From Bdellovibrionales bacterium (GTDB lineage: Bacteria > Bdellovibrionota > Bdellovibrionia > Bdellovibrionales > JAUICD01): a stretch of DNA of 64,000 bases. Shown one piece after another: positions 19,856 through 28,022 of this stretch; position 1 is the first letter of the stretch, and every line of letters begins with the position of its first letter. The position numbers and the translations under genes are program-made. Under the pieces are notes generated by a model. It worked only from the letters and a program-made list of their open reading frames with translations, did not search any database and was not told the DNA's origin. Where the stretch lies: contig CBDANC010000013.1 in the NCBI GenBank assembly GCA_965197425.1, forward strand, positions 226,243 through 290,242. The letters run 5' to 3'.

Positions 19856-20720
19856 AAAAGATTTTTTCAAAAATCTGCAAGATAAAATTTGTGATTGGAT
19901 TATGTCTATAGAGACGAAGCCTTTTTTTACAGATAAATGGCAAAAGAGTGACTTAAAAGGTGGTGGTGAAACCAGAGTATTTGAAAATGGCACTTTTTTA
20001 GAAAAAGGTTGTGTGAATTTTTCAGAGGTAGAAGGAAAACTTGATCCTAGTTTTGTAAATAAAATTAAATTAGGCAGTGGGCTTGATTTTTATGCCACGG
20101 GAACTTCGGTGGTTTTACACCCAAAAAATCCATTTGTCCCTACGGTACACTGTAACTACAGATTTATTAAAAGAGGCTCTGATAGTTGGTATGGTGGTGG
20201 TGCTGATTTAACTCCGTATTATATTTTTGAAGAAGACTGTATACACTTTCACCAAACATATTATGAAGCATTAAAACCCTATGGAAAATATCAGGAATTT
20301 AAAAAAAAGTGTGATGAATATTTTTATTTACCTCATAGGAATGAAACTAGGGGTATTGGTGGAATATTTTTTGACTATGAACAAGATGAAAATGCATTTG
20401 AAATGGTCGAAGCTTGTGGTGGTTCGTTTGTAAAATCTTATAGTGAGATAGCTCTGAAAAGAAAGAGTATACCTTTTGCCGAGAAACATGTAGAATTCCA
20501 ACAGCTAAGAAGGGGTAGATATGTTGAATTTAATTTGCTTTATGATAGGGGTACAGCTTTTGGCTTAAAAACTAAAGGAAGAGTTGAATCTATTTTGTTG
20601 TCTTTACCCAGAAATGTTAAATGGCATTATAAACACGAGGACACCTTAGGATCTGAGGAGAAAAAATTGTTTAAGTATTTAAAACCTATAGACTGGCTAA
20701 AGCTACCTAAGAAGGGTTAA
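19842..20720 (+). CDS. hemF: oxygen-dependent coproporphyrinogen-III oxidase
   Basis: 292 aa. Motifs GGGETRVFE, HPKNPFVPTVHCNYRF, WYGGGADLTPYY and RRGRYVEFNLLYDRGT. 14-nt overlap with asd. Confidence 0.9.
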   Translation: MEICKKDFFKNLQDKICDWIMSIETKPFFTDKWQKSDLKGGGETRVFENGTFLEKGCVNFSEVEGKLDPSFVNKIKLGSGLDFYATGTSVVLHPKNPFVPTVHCNYRFIKRGSDSWYGGGADLTPYYIFEEDCIHFHQTYYEALKPYGKYQEFKKKCDEYFYLPHRNETRGIGGIFFDYEQDENAFEMVEACGGSFVKSYSEIALKRKSIPFAEKHVEFQQLRRGRYVEFNLLYDRGTAFGLKTKGRVESILLSLPRNVKWHYKHEDTLGSEEKKLFKYLKPIDWLKLPKKG

Positions 20721-20927
20721 TCGCTACAAACCCAAGTCATTACTTAAAATCTTTTTAGGTCTGATTTCTAGTCGAATAATCATCTCAATACGTAACACAC
20801 ACCAAAGCAACTGAAACACAGCAATTTTCGATATGAGCCCACGGTATATCGAAAAAAACTTTAATTTTTGATATGTCACCTAAAAGCAAAAATAAAAACT
20901 AAGTTTAACAACTAGGTTTAGTTTTTC

Positions 20928-21596
20928 TCATTTCTTGCCTTCATGTTCCCTTAACATGCGAGCTATTTCCGTATGACCTTGCTCTGAAGCAATATCAAAA
21001 GCTGTCTCTCCGGGTTTGTTGGTGATAGTCAGGTCAATATCAGGATGAGCAAGAAGCATTGACACTATTTCTGTACGAACAAAAAATGCAGCAGCCATGA
21101 GGGGAGTAGTACCGCCACTTTCCTTGTTCACATCAATGTCAGGGTGAGCCAGAAGCATTTTCACAATCTCCTTATGTCCTTTTTCGGTAGCCAATAACAA
21201 AGGGGGACCTAATGATCTAGCACCGCTAGTGATCGAATACACTAACTGTCTATGGTTGACATCAATAAAACTGTATTCCAGCATCGTTGAAACACTATTT
21301 GTGTGCCCCCATTCAGTAGCATAATTAAGCGTCTTATTAGCAGCCCTTGAGCACATTTTTTTTTGGAAAACATTCATGTGCTCGATTTTATCCATGGCAT
21401 AACGCAATTTTGCATCATCTTTCGTAGAAACACTATCAATAATAGCTGCCTTTTCCGTGCAGAAAGCTCCAGATTCAGATGCCACTCCTCTTTCCCGGTT
21501 ATCTAAAGCTTCTCTGTCAACTCTAGAATCTACACTCTTACAAGAGATAGTAACTAGAGCAATACATGAAAACAAAACAATAGAAATTTTATTCAT
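20928..21596 (-). CDS. ankyrin-repeat lipoprotein
   Basis: ATG at 21596 after an AAGGA SD. Signal MNKISIVLFSCIALVTISC. Two clear ANK repeats (LLAHPDIDVN / LLAHPDIDL). The ORF track extends in-frame to a TTG at 21656 through the C9 tract. Confidence 0.8.
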   Translation of the reverse strand: MNKISIVLFSCIALVTISCKSVDSRVDREALDNRERGVASESGAFCTEKAAIIDSVSTKDDAKLRYAMDKIEHMNVFQKKMCSRAANKTLNYATEWGHTNSVSTMLEYSFIDVNHRQLVYSITSGARSLGPPLLLATEKGHKEIVKMLLAHPDIDVNKESGGTTPLMAAAFFVRTEIVSMLLAHPDIDLTITNKPGETAFDIASEQGHTEIARMLREHEGKK

Positions 21597-21642
21597 AACA
21601 CCATCCTTGAGCTTAGTAACTTCTTTAGAACGTAACACAAAT

Positions 21643-21651
21643 GGGGGGGGG
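21643..21651. repeat. G9 (C9 on the coding strand) homopolymer tract
   Basis: Nine consecutive G, 47-55 nt upstream of the ATG at 21596. It is the only G/C run longer than 6 that I noticed in this AT-rich window. Confidence 0.9.
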
Positions 21652-21690
21652 TACAAGTACTTTGTTAAAAGGGAATAGCAAGATCAGTTA

Positions 21691-21843
21691 CTATTTTGTA
21701 ATTATTCTATCAACACTTCTGAGTGTTTTAACAGTTTCGACATAATCGCCAAGATATAAATACACACCAAAATATGCATACGCTAATGCTGTAACTCCAT
21801 GTCTATCTTCAACATTAATATCTATTTCTGTTTCCTCTACCAA
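21691..21843 (-). pseudogene. ankyrin-repeat gene fragment (about 50 codons)
   Basis: Own translation gives LVEETEIDINVEDRHGVTALAYAYFGVYLYLGDYVETVKTLRSVDRIITK*. That is a single ANK-like repeat, preceded by a stop and lacking a signal peptide. Not in the ORF track because it is under 60 aa. Confidence 0.5.
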
Positions 21844-21873
21844 TGGGAAATTTTACATTTTAGTTTTTACATT

Positions 21874-22683
21874 TTAAAGCTGAAGTGATTTCAACAATTC
21901 TAATGTTTGTTCTAGACCAGAAAGGTCTTTAGGACCACTTAGAGCAGACCGTATTAATCCTCTACCAGAGACACTTAGCTCAATAAACATTGTTTCGTTA
22001 AGTGTTTTACTTCTAAAATACATAGCTCCGTTATTAATAGAATAGTCAGGCATTATTTTCAAAAGATCGATCCTTCTATTTTCTAATTCAGTTTTTTGCT
22101 TTTGTACTTTAATACTACTTCTAACTTCACCCATTTGCCCAAAATGAGCATCACTTATACTTAAACTTATATCCTCTTCTATTATGTCGATTGCTTCTTG
22201 CCTCATGGCGTGAAGACCAAATGGAGTTTCATCCATAATTTTAATTATATCATGGTGTCCATACTTTAATGCAACCGCATTGGCAGTATGAAACTCATCT
22301 GCAGTGTCTTCCATAAAGGAAAATTTTCTTAATAAAGCTCCAACTGCTTTAGCGCGTCCCGATAGACCAGCCCACATCAAAGCAGTGTAACCCCCTTTAT
22401 CCTGGGCATGTATATCTATCCTATTAGAGTTAACCAAAAGATTAACTTGCTCAACATTTCCGCGAAGCACCGCCCAATGAAGCGCATTTCTACCATCTTT
22501 ATCTGTGACTGAAAGATCAATGTAAGAGTTTGCTATCCAACGCTTAAGGGCTTCAGTGTCTTCATTTTTAACCGCATTAATTATATTATTTCTAAAAATT
22601 TTACTAACTAAAGCGGTAATGCAGCCTGAAGCACTTGCTGTATTATAAGATAATAAGATAATTAATAAATACTTGATTTTAAT
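21874..22683 (-). CDS. exported ankyrin-repeat protein, paralog of 22819-23667, probable ATT start
   Basis: The reading frame is open from 22737 to 21874 with no ATG/GTG/TTG before the GTG at 22470. Homology to the neighbour covers the whole frame, including the signal KIKYLLIILLSYNTASASGC. A conserved AGGTGG-N6-ATT sits at 22683. Confidence 0.65.
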   Translation of the reverse strand: MKIKYLLIILLSYNTASASGCITALVSKIFRNNIINAVKNEDTEALKRWIANSYIDLSVTDKDGRNALHWAVLRGNVEQVNLLVNSNRIDIHAQDKGGYTALMWAGLSGRAKAVGALLRKFSFMEDTADEFHTANAVALKYGHHDIIKIMDETPFGLHAMRQEAIDIIEEDISLSISDAHFGQMGEVRSSIKVQKQKTELENRRIDLLKIMPDYSINNGAMYFRSKTLNETMFIELSVSGRGLIRSALSGPKDLSGLEQTLELLKSLQL

Positions 22684-22818
22684 TGCACACCACCTGCATA
22701 CATTAAATTCCCAAAACCAGCATCGTGCTAGCAGGTATTACCTAAAATATAAAGTTCCATATTATAACCATGTAATAATTGTTTTGTTGTTAGTACACTA
22801 CATCTTTAAACTAAAAAG

Positions 22819-23667
22819 TTAATGATTTTTGAAAACTTCTAGCACTTCTTCCATAAGTGCAATGTTTTGAGAGCTACTTAAAGCAGCATTTATTAATTCA
22901 ACATCAGATCTGCTTAATTTCGCTGATACTGTACGGTTAAGGGTCTTGCTTCTAAAATATATCACTCTATCATTATCGATAGTATAGCTAATCACTATCT
23001 TTTCAAATAGTTCCTTAGTTTTAGCTTCCAACATAGCCAGTTCATCTGCTATCTCAGATGCAAGTTCAATTTCATCTACTTGCTCAAAATAGTCTTTTCT
23101 TTTTCGCAGACTTATACCTTCTTCCATTATTGTTATTATTTCTTCAATTGCAACATGGTATCCGAACGGTGTCTCATCCAAAATTTCTCCTACGTCTCGC
23201 CTGTCATATTTTAACGCTAGTACATAGGCAGTATGAAACTCATCTATAACATTTTCATTAAAGATAAACTTTGTTAATAAAACTCCAACAACTTTAGAAT
23301 ATCCAAGCACACTCGCCAATACCAAAGCAGTGTAACCTTCTTTATCCTGGGCATGTATATCTATCCTATTAGAGTTAACCAAAAGATTAGCGTGTTCAGC
23401 ATTCCCTAAACGTGCTGCCCAATTAAGAGCATTTCTACCGTCTTTATCTGTTACTGAAAGATCAATGTAAGAATTTGCTATCCAGCGCTTAAGTGCTTCA
23501 GTATCTTCATTTTTAACTGCATCAATGACACCATTATCTTTACTATTTAAGGCATCAGTGCAATCTGAAGCACCTGCTATACTATAAGATAATAAGATGA
23601 TTAATAAATACTTGATTTTAATTGTACACCACCTATTTGTATGAAATATGCCCTTATAAAAAGACAC
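22819..23667 (-). CDS. exported ankyrin-repeat protein
   Basis: 282-aa ORF from a GTG. ANK repeats (GRNALNWAARLGN, GYTALVLASVLGY) followed by a non-ANK C-terminal half shared with 21874-22683. Alternative AGGTGG-N6-ATT start at 23622. Confidence 0.8.
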   Translation of the reverse strand: MSFYKGIFHTNRWCTIKIKYLLIILLSYSIAGASDCTDALNSKDNGVIDAVKNEDTEALKRWIANSYIDLSVTDKDGRNALNWAARLGNAEHANLLVNSNRIDIHAQDKEGYTALVLASVLGYSKVVGVLLTKFIFNENVIDEFHTAYVLALKYDRRDVGEILDETPFGYHVAIEEIITIMEEGISLRKRKDYFEQVDEIELASEIADELAMLEAKTKELFEKIVISYTIDNDRVIYFRSKTLNRTVSAKLSRSDVELINAALSSSQNIALMEEVLEVFKNH

Positions 23668-23859
23668 CTCAGTCCTAACTCATATAGCTTAAAAAAGAAA
23701 GCTTTATACCATAAAATATGTAATGATTTTACTTATCATATAAGAATTTAATAAGTAAATAAACAATTTTTCTAATTGTTCCAACAAGCTAGATTTGATA
23801 GCTTGAACATATGGTGTAGACCAGGGCATTGCTTCATACAGAAGACTCTTAAACTTTAT

Positions 23860-25101
23860 ATGGTTAATTATATAAGAACTGAACAAAAAGAACTCTCTTT
23901 TCATGGAAGGCAACTTTTAAGAGGAAGGCATAAAATACACCCCTACCCTGCCATGTTGCATCCATTGCTGGTAGATTTTCTCATTACAAAATATGCTAAA
24001 AAAGCTGATGTGATCTTCGACCCATTTTGTGGAAGTGGAGTAACTTTGCTTCAATCCAACATCAAAGGGTATGAGTCAATAGGCTTTGACATAAATCCCA
24101 TAGCAGTACTAATTGCCCGAGCTAAAACTAAAACTTACCATAAAAAAAAGCTACTTGAAGAGTTTGAAAAGCTAAAGAACTCTCTTTATAGCAAAAGAAA
24201 TTCTTATGATAACCAAATAGATATTCCTCAAATAAAAAATATAGATTACTGGTATCCCAAGGAAGTTGTAGGTGATCTTGGTAAAATAAGATGGTCTTTG
24301 AAAAACAAATCCTATGAATATAGAGACTTTTTCATGACAATTTTTGCATTTATCTGCCGCAATCAGTCTCTTACAAGAAATGGAGAATTTAAGCGATATA
24401 GGATTAAAAAAGAAAAAATATTAAAAACAAAAAATGAGGTCTTATCTAAATTTCTTTTACACATTGAAAATATGATAGAGGTGTTTCTAAGTGATGATAT
24501 ACCCAAACAAAAAAGCCAGCCTATACTTGCCAATTCAGAAGACAGAATCCCTTCCAAAATAAAATATGATCTAGTCATCAGCTCTCCACCTTACGGTGAT
24601 AGCAAAACAACTGTTGCTTATGGACAATATACGAGTTTTGGAGCTGATTGGGTAAATGACTTAAACAATCACCATACTAATGGCTATAAGATTGACAGAG
24701 AAAGCTTAGGAATAAAAAAACAATTAAAAAAGGAACTAACCAAGCATGCAATCTTGATAGATACAATAGAGAAGATTAAGTGTGTGGATTCCAACCGAGC
24801 TTGCGAAGTGTTGCACTTTTTCAATGGCTATTACAAAGCTTTAAAAAACATAATAGAGAACCTAAATGAGAAAGGAAGGGTTTGCATTGTGGTTGGAAAT
24901 AGGACGGTAAAAGGTTGTCAAATACCTATGGATCAAATCACCGCATCTTTCTTTGATAGCATGGGGCTTAACTTTAAAGGGATATTTGTTAGAGATATTC
25001 ATAACAAAGTGATGCCTTCAAAAAACTCTCCTACAAACCAAACTGGCATGAAATCAAAAACCATGACAAAGGAATACATAGTAGTTTTTAGCAAAGAATG
25101 A
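23860..25101 (+). CDS. DNA methyltransferase (N4-C/N6-A class, SPPY), no cognate nuclease seen
   Basis: AdoMet motif I VIFDPFCGSGVT near the N-terminus. Catalytic motif IV VISSPPYG lies about 190 aa later (alpha-like order). ATG at 23860 (the ORF track starts at 23776). Confidence 0.78.
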   Translation: MVNYIRTEQKELSFHGRQLLRGRHKIHPYPAMLHPLLVDFLITKYAKKADVIFDPFCGSGVTLLQSNIKGYESIGFDINPIAVLIARAKTKTYHKKKLLEEFEKLKNSLYSKRNSYDNQIDIPQIKNIDYWYPKEVVGDLGKIRWSLKNKSYEYRDFFMTIFAFICRNQSLTRNGEFKRYRIKKEKILKTKNEVLSKFLLHIENMIEVFLSDDIPKQKSQPILANSEDRIPSKIKYDLVISSPPYGDSKTTVAYGQYTSFGADWVNDLNNHHTNGYKIDRESLGIKKQLKKELTKHAILIDTIEKIKCVDSNRACEVLHFFNGYYKALKNIIENLNEKGRVCIVVGNRTVKGCQIPMDQITASFFDSMGLNFKGIFVRDIHNKVMPSKNSPTNQTGMKSKTMTKEYIVVFSKE

Positions 25102-25169
25102 CAAAAAAAGTATAAAAACCATACAAACGTTTGTGTTGTTGTTAAACAAAATACCGAATTAGTCCTTAG

Positions 25170-25646
25170 ATGGGATTTAGTAGTAAAAATATATTTTTGG
25201 CACTATTTTTGATTTTATGCACCAGTTGTGCAAAACAAAATAGTTACCAGTCAAATAACCAGGATGAGATTTTAAATGATTGGGTGGTGGCCGTAACTCA
25301 GTTGGACAGAGAATCTACAACAGATCTATTAAGCAAATATCCTGGCCTAATAAATGAAATAGGTGATTTTAAGATTCAGGATCGCTATATTAGAGGTACC
25401 GCCCTAGATTATACCAGTCACATGTACCTATCGTATGTTGAGTCTCATACTTCTAAAACTCACAATACAAAGGAACATAAAAAACAAAGCAGAGACAATT
25501 TTGTTGATGATTACTTCCAGACTCCAGGACTTATCAACCAAATCAATAGTTTTACTAATTTTTTAATCAGCAACGGTGCAAGACGTAGCCCAGCTTTTAA
25601 CAGAAATTACCATGTAAAACTAAGTGAGCTTTTCGACCGAGATTAG
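25170..25646 (+). CDS. small exported hypothetical protein (possible lipoprotein)
   Basis: 158 aa. Signal FLALFLILCTSC. No recognised domain. Confidence 0.5.
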   Translation: MGFSSKNIFLALFLILCTSCAKQNSYQSNNQDEILNDWVVAVTQLDRESTTDLLSKYPGLINEIGDFKIQDRYIRGTALDYTSHMYLSYVESHTSKTHNTKEHKKQSRDNFVDDYFQTPGLINQINSFTNFLISNGARRSPAFNRNYHVKLSELFDRD

Positions 25647-25665
25647 TCAAAAGATGATAAAAATA

Positions 25666-26667
25666 CTATGCCTTGTTAAGATTTTTTCTTTTAATTTTTT
25701 CAACCAAAGTAGTTCTATTTAACTTAAGTAGACTAGCTGCCCTATTTTTATTCCAATTGACTTTGTTCAAGGCATCTATCAATAACATATTTTCATATTG
25801 AGCAACAGCCTTATTAAGATCCATTCCAGAGTTAGGTACAAAGGTGTGTAATTTGTCATTTTCCCCAGAATCTCGATTGGTTATATATTTTGCAGGAAGA
25901 TCTGCCAATTCAATTAGTCCTTTACCCTTTATAATAATTAATCTTTCAATTAAATTTTCTAACTCCCGTATATTTCCAGGCCAAGGATGAGCACACAGCT
26001 GATCCATTGCGCTTTTGCTAATACCAGTTATCTGTTTATTGTTTTGTCTTGAAAATATATTTAAAAAATAGTTGGTTAATATGGGTATGTCTGAAACACG
26101 ATCTTTTAATGAAGGCATTTTTATTGGTATAACATTTAATCTGTAATATAGATCTCTTCTAAAATTATTTTCCTTTATAGCTTTTTCTAGATCTATATTA
26201 GTGGCTGTAATAACCCTCGCGCTAAACCACTTTGTCTTATTGCCTCCAACCGATTCAAACTTTCTATCCTGTAAAACTCTGAGTAATTTAGCCTGCAAGC
26301 TAGCACTCATATCCCCTATTTCATCCAGAAAGATTGTGCCATTTCCTGCTCTTTCAAACCTACCTATTCTATCAGAGATAGCACCAGTAAATGCTCCTTT
26401 GACATGACCAAACAGCTCACTTTCTAAAAGCTCTGATGGGATAGCAGTACAGTTTATAGCAACCAATGGCTCATTTGCCCTTTTCGAGTTGTAGTGTAAT
26501 GCTTGAGCTACTAGTTCTTTACCAGTGCCACTTTCTCCTGTGATTAGTACATTAGCGTGAGATGATGCAACCCTATCTATGAGTTGCATAACCTTCATAA
26601 TGGGATCACTCTCTCCTATAATACAGTCTAATTTATATTTATCCAGATTTACTTTCATAAGTAGCAA
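25666..26667 (-). CDS. sigma-54-dependent transcriptional activator lacking a sensory/receiver domain
   Basis: 333 aa. AAA+ core begins about 15 aa from the N-terminus (GESGTGKE Walker A, GAFTGA sigma-54 contact loop, FLDEIG Walker B). C-terminal Fis-type HTH (AASLLKLNRTTLVEKIKR). Confidence 0.9.
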   Translation of the reverse strand: MLLMKVNLDKYKLDCIIGESDPIMKVMQLIDRVASSHANVLITGESGTGKELVAQALHYNSKRANEPLVAINCTAIPSELLESELFGHVKGAFTGAISDRIGRFERAGNGTIFLDEIGDMSASLQAKLLRVLQDRKFESVGGNKTKWFSARVITATNIDLEKAIKENNFRRDLYYRLNVIPIKMPSLKDRVSDIPILTNYFLNIFSRQNNKQITGISKSAMDQLCAHPWPGNIRELENLIERLIIIKGKGLIELADLPAKYITNRDSGENDKLHTFVPNSGMDLNKAVAQYENMLLIDALNKVNWNKNRAASLLKLNRTTLVEKIKRKNLNKA

Positions 26668-26783
26668 AAACTCCTCATCTAGATTTACAGGTTAATTTAG
26701 GCTAGGCGAGTTTACCAATTTCTCATCAAAAATTAGTCAAAAGACCACATACAAGCCTCACCTAAAGACTAAAATATTTTTGC

Positions 26784-26811
26784 TTGAAAAAAAAATCCTA
26801 CGGACTATAAT
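26784..26811 (+). promoter_or_regulatory. sigma-70-like promoter upstream of hemB
   Basis: TTGAAA (26784-26789), 16-nt spacer, TATAAT (26806-26811). It lies 37 nt upstream of the first ATG. Confidence 0.45.
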
Positions 26812-26848
26812 CCCAGAGCTTACGTTATGATGATAAGACCTATAGGAG

Positions 26849-27949
26849 ATGAGTTTGATGACACGTGTAGAGCTGGGCAACCATTCGGCTAAAAAACCGA
26901 CCGCAGAGAGGTTATTTCAATTGGATAATATGAAGATTTATCCCGTGAGCCAATTGAACCAAAGTGAACAAGTCCACTTGTTTTTAGCCTCATTAAGAAG
27001 ACCTAGAAGGAATAGAAAAAGCCAAATAATAAGAGATCTGGTTCAAGAAACAAGATTAAACGTAAGTGATCTTATCTATCCAATTTTTCTGACAGAAAAC
27101 TCTAAAGAGGCAATTCCTTCAATGCCTGGTATTTTTCGATACAACCCAAAAGATGTGATAGATGAAATTAAAGAATGTATGGACCTACAGCTTAATGCCT
27201 TTGTTTTATTCCCACTAATTCCTGAAGAAAAAAAAGATAAAACAGCCACACTTTCATACAATGACAATTTTTATCTCAGAACCATTGAAAAAATTAAATC
27301 AAAAATCCCTAAGGCACTTATTATTACAGATGTTGCCATGGATCCTTACAGCTCTGATGGCCACGACGGTTTGTTGGTAGGAGATAAAATTGATAATGAC
27401 AAAACATTACAAATCTTGTCAAAAATGTCCCTTGCTCAAGCAAGAGCTGGAGCAGACATATTAGGACCATCTGATATGATGGATGGCAGGGTATCGCATA
27501 TCAGAAACTGTTTGGATGAGAATGGATTTAGTGATGTATCAATCATGTCATACACCACTAAGTATGCCAGTGGATTTTATTCACCCTTTAGAGATGCTTT
27601 AGATTCTCAACCTAAAAAGTATGATAAAAAAACTTATCAGATGAATCCTGCAAATAGAAAAGAGGCAATTACCGAAGCTCTTTTAGATGTACAAGAAGGA
27701 GCTGATATTTTGATGTGTAAACCTGCCTTAAGTTATCTAGACATAATCTCTGATCTAAAGCGAAATACAAACTTACCAATAGCAGCTTATAATGTAAGTG
27801 GAGAATATTCCATGGTTATGGCAGCTAGCCTTAATGGTTGGATTGACCGAGACAAAATTATGAATGAAATTTTAATTTCAATAAAAAGAGCAGGGGCTGA
27901 CATGATTTTAACCTATTTTGCAAAACTTTGGGCAAGCCAACAGTCTTGA
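26849..27949 (+). CDS. hemB: porphobilinogen synthase (delta-aminolevulinate dehydratase)
   Basis: RRPRRNRKSQIIRDLVQET, the DVAMDPYSSDGHDG (Asp-rich, non-Cys metal site) motif, and the active-site region with KPALSYLDII. SD spacing suggests the true start may be the ATG at 26858. Confidence 0.9.
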   Translation: MSLMTRVELGNHSAKKPTAERLFQLDNMKIYPVSQLNQSEQVHLFLASLRRPRRNRKSQIIRDLVQETRLNVSDLIYPIFLTENSKEAIPSMPGIFRYNPKDVIDEIKECMDLQLNAFVLFPLIPEEKKDKTATLSYNDNFYLRTIEKIKSKIPKALIITDVAMDPYSSDGHDGLLVGDKIDNDKTLQILSKMSLAQARAGADILGPSDMMDGRVSHIRNCLDENGFSDVSIMSYTTKYASGFYSPFRDALDSQPKKYDKKTYQMNPANRKEAITEALLDVQEGADILMCKPALSYLDIISDLKRNTNLPIAAYNVSGEYSMVMAASLNGWIDRDKIMNEILISIKRAGADMILTYFAKLWASQQS

Positions 27950-28022
27950 TTTAAACCCCAAACCCAATATACATTTTAACAAAAAAGCAAATAGTTCCGA
28001 TTGTTTTTTAAGGTCTAATATT

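Noticed and set aside
20894-20926. 9-bp inverted repeat AAAAACTAA/TTAGTTTTT just downstream of the ankyrin lipoprotein stop, considered as a terminator
   Set aside because: The stem is almost entirely A-T with a 15-nt loop, so it is too weak to call with confidence despite the following T-rich run on the minus strand.
25199-25213. TGGCAC-N5-TTGA, a near sigma-54 promoter next to the sigma-54 activator gene
   Set aside because: The -12 element lacks the essential GC (TTGA instead of TTGC). The site also lies inside the signal-peptide coding region of 25170-25646, so it is probably fortuitous.
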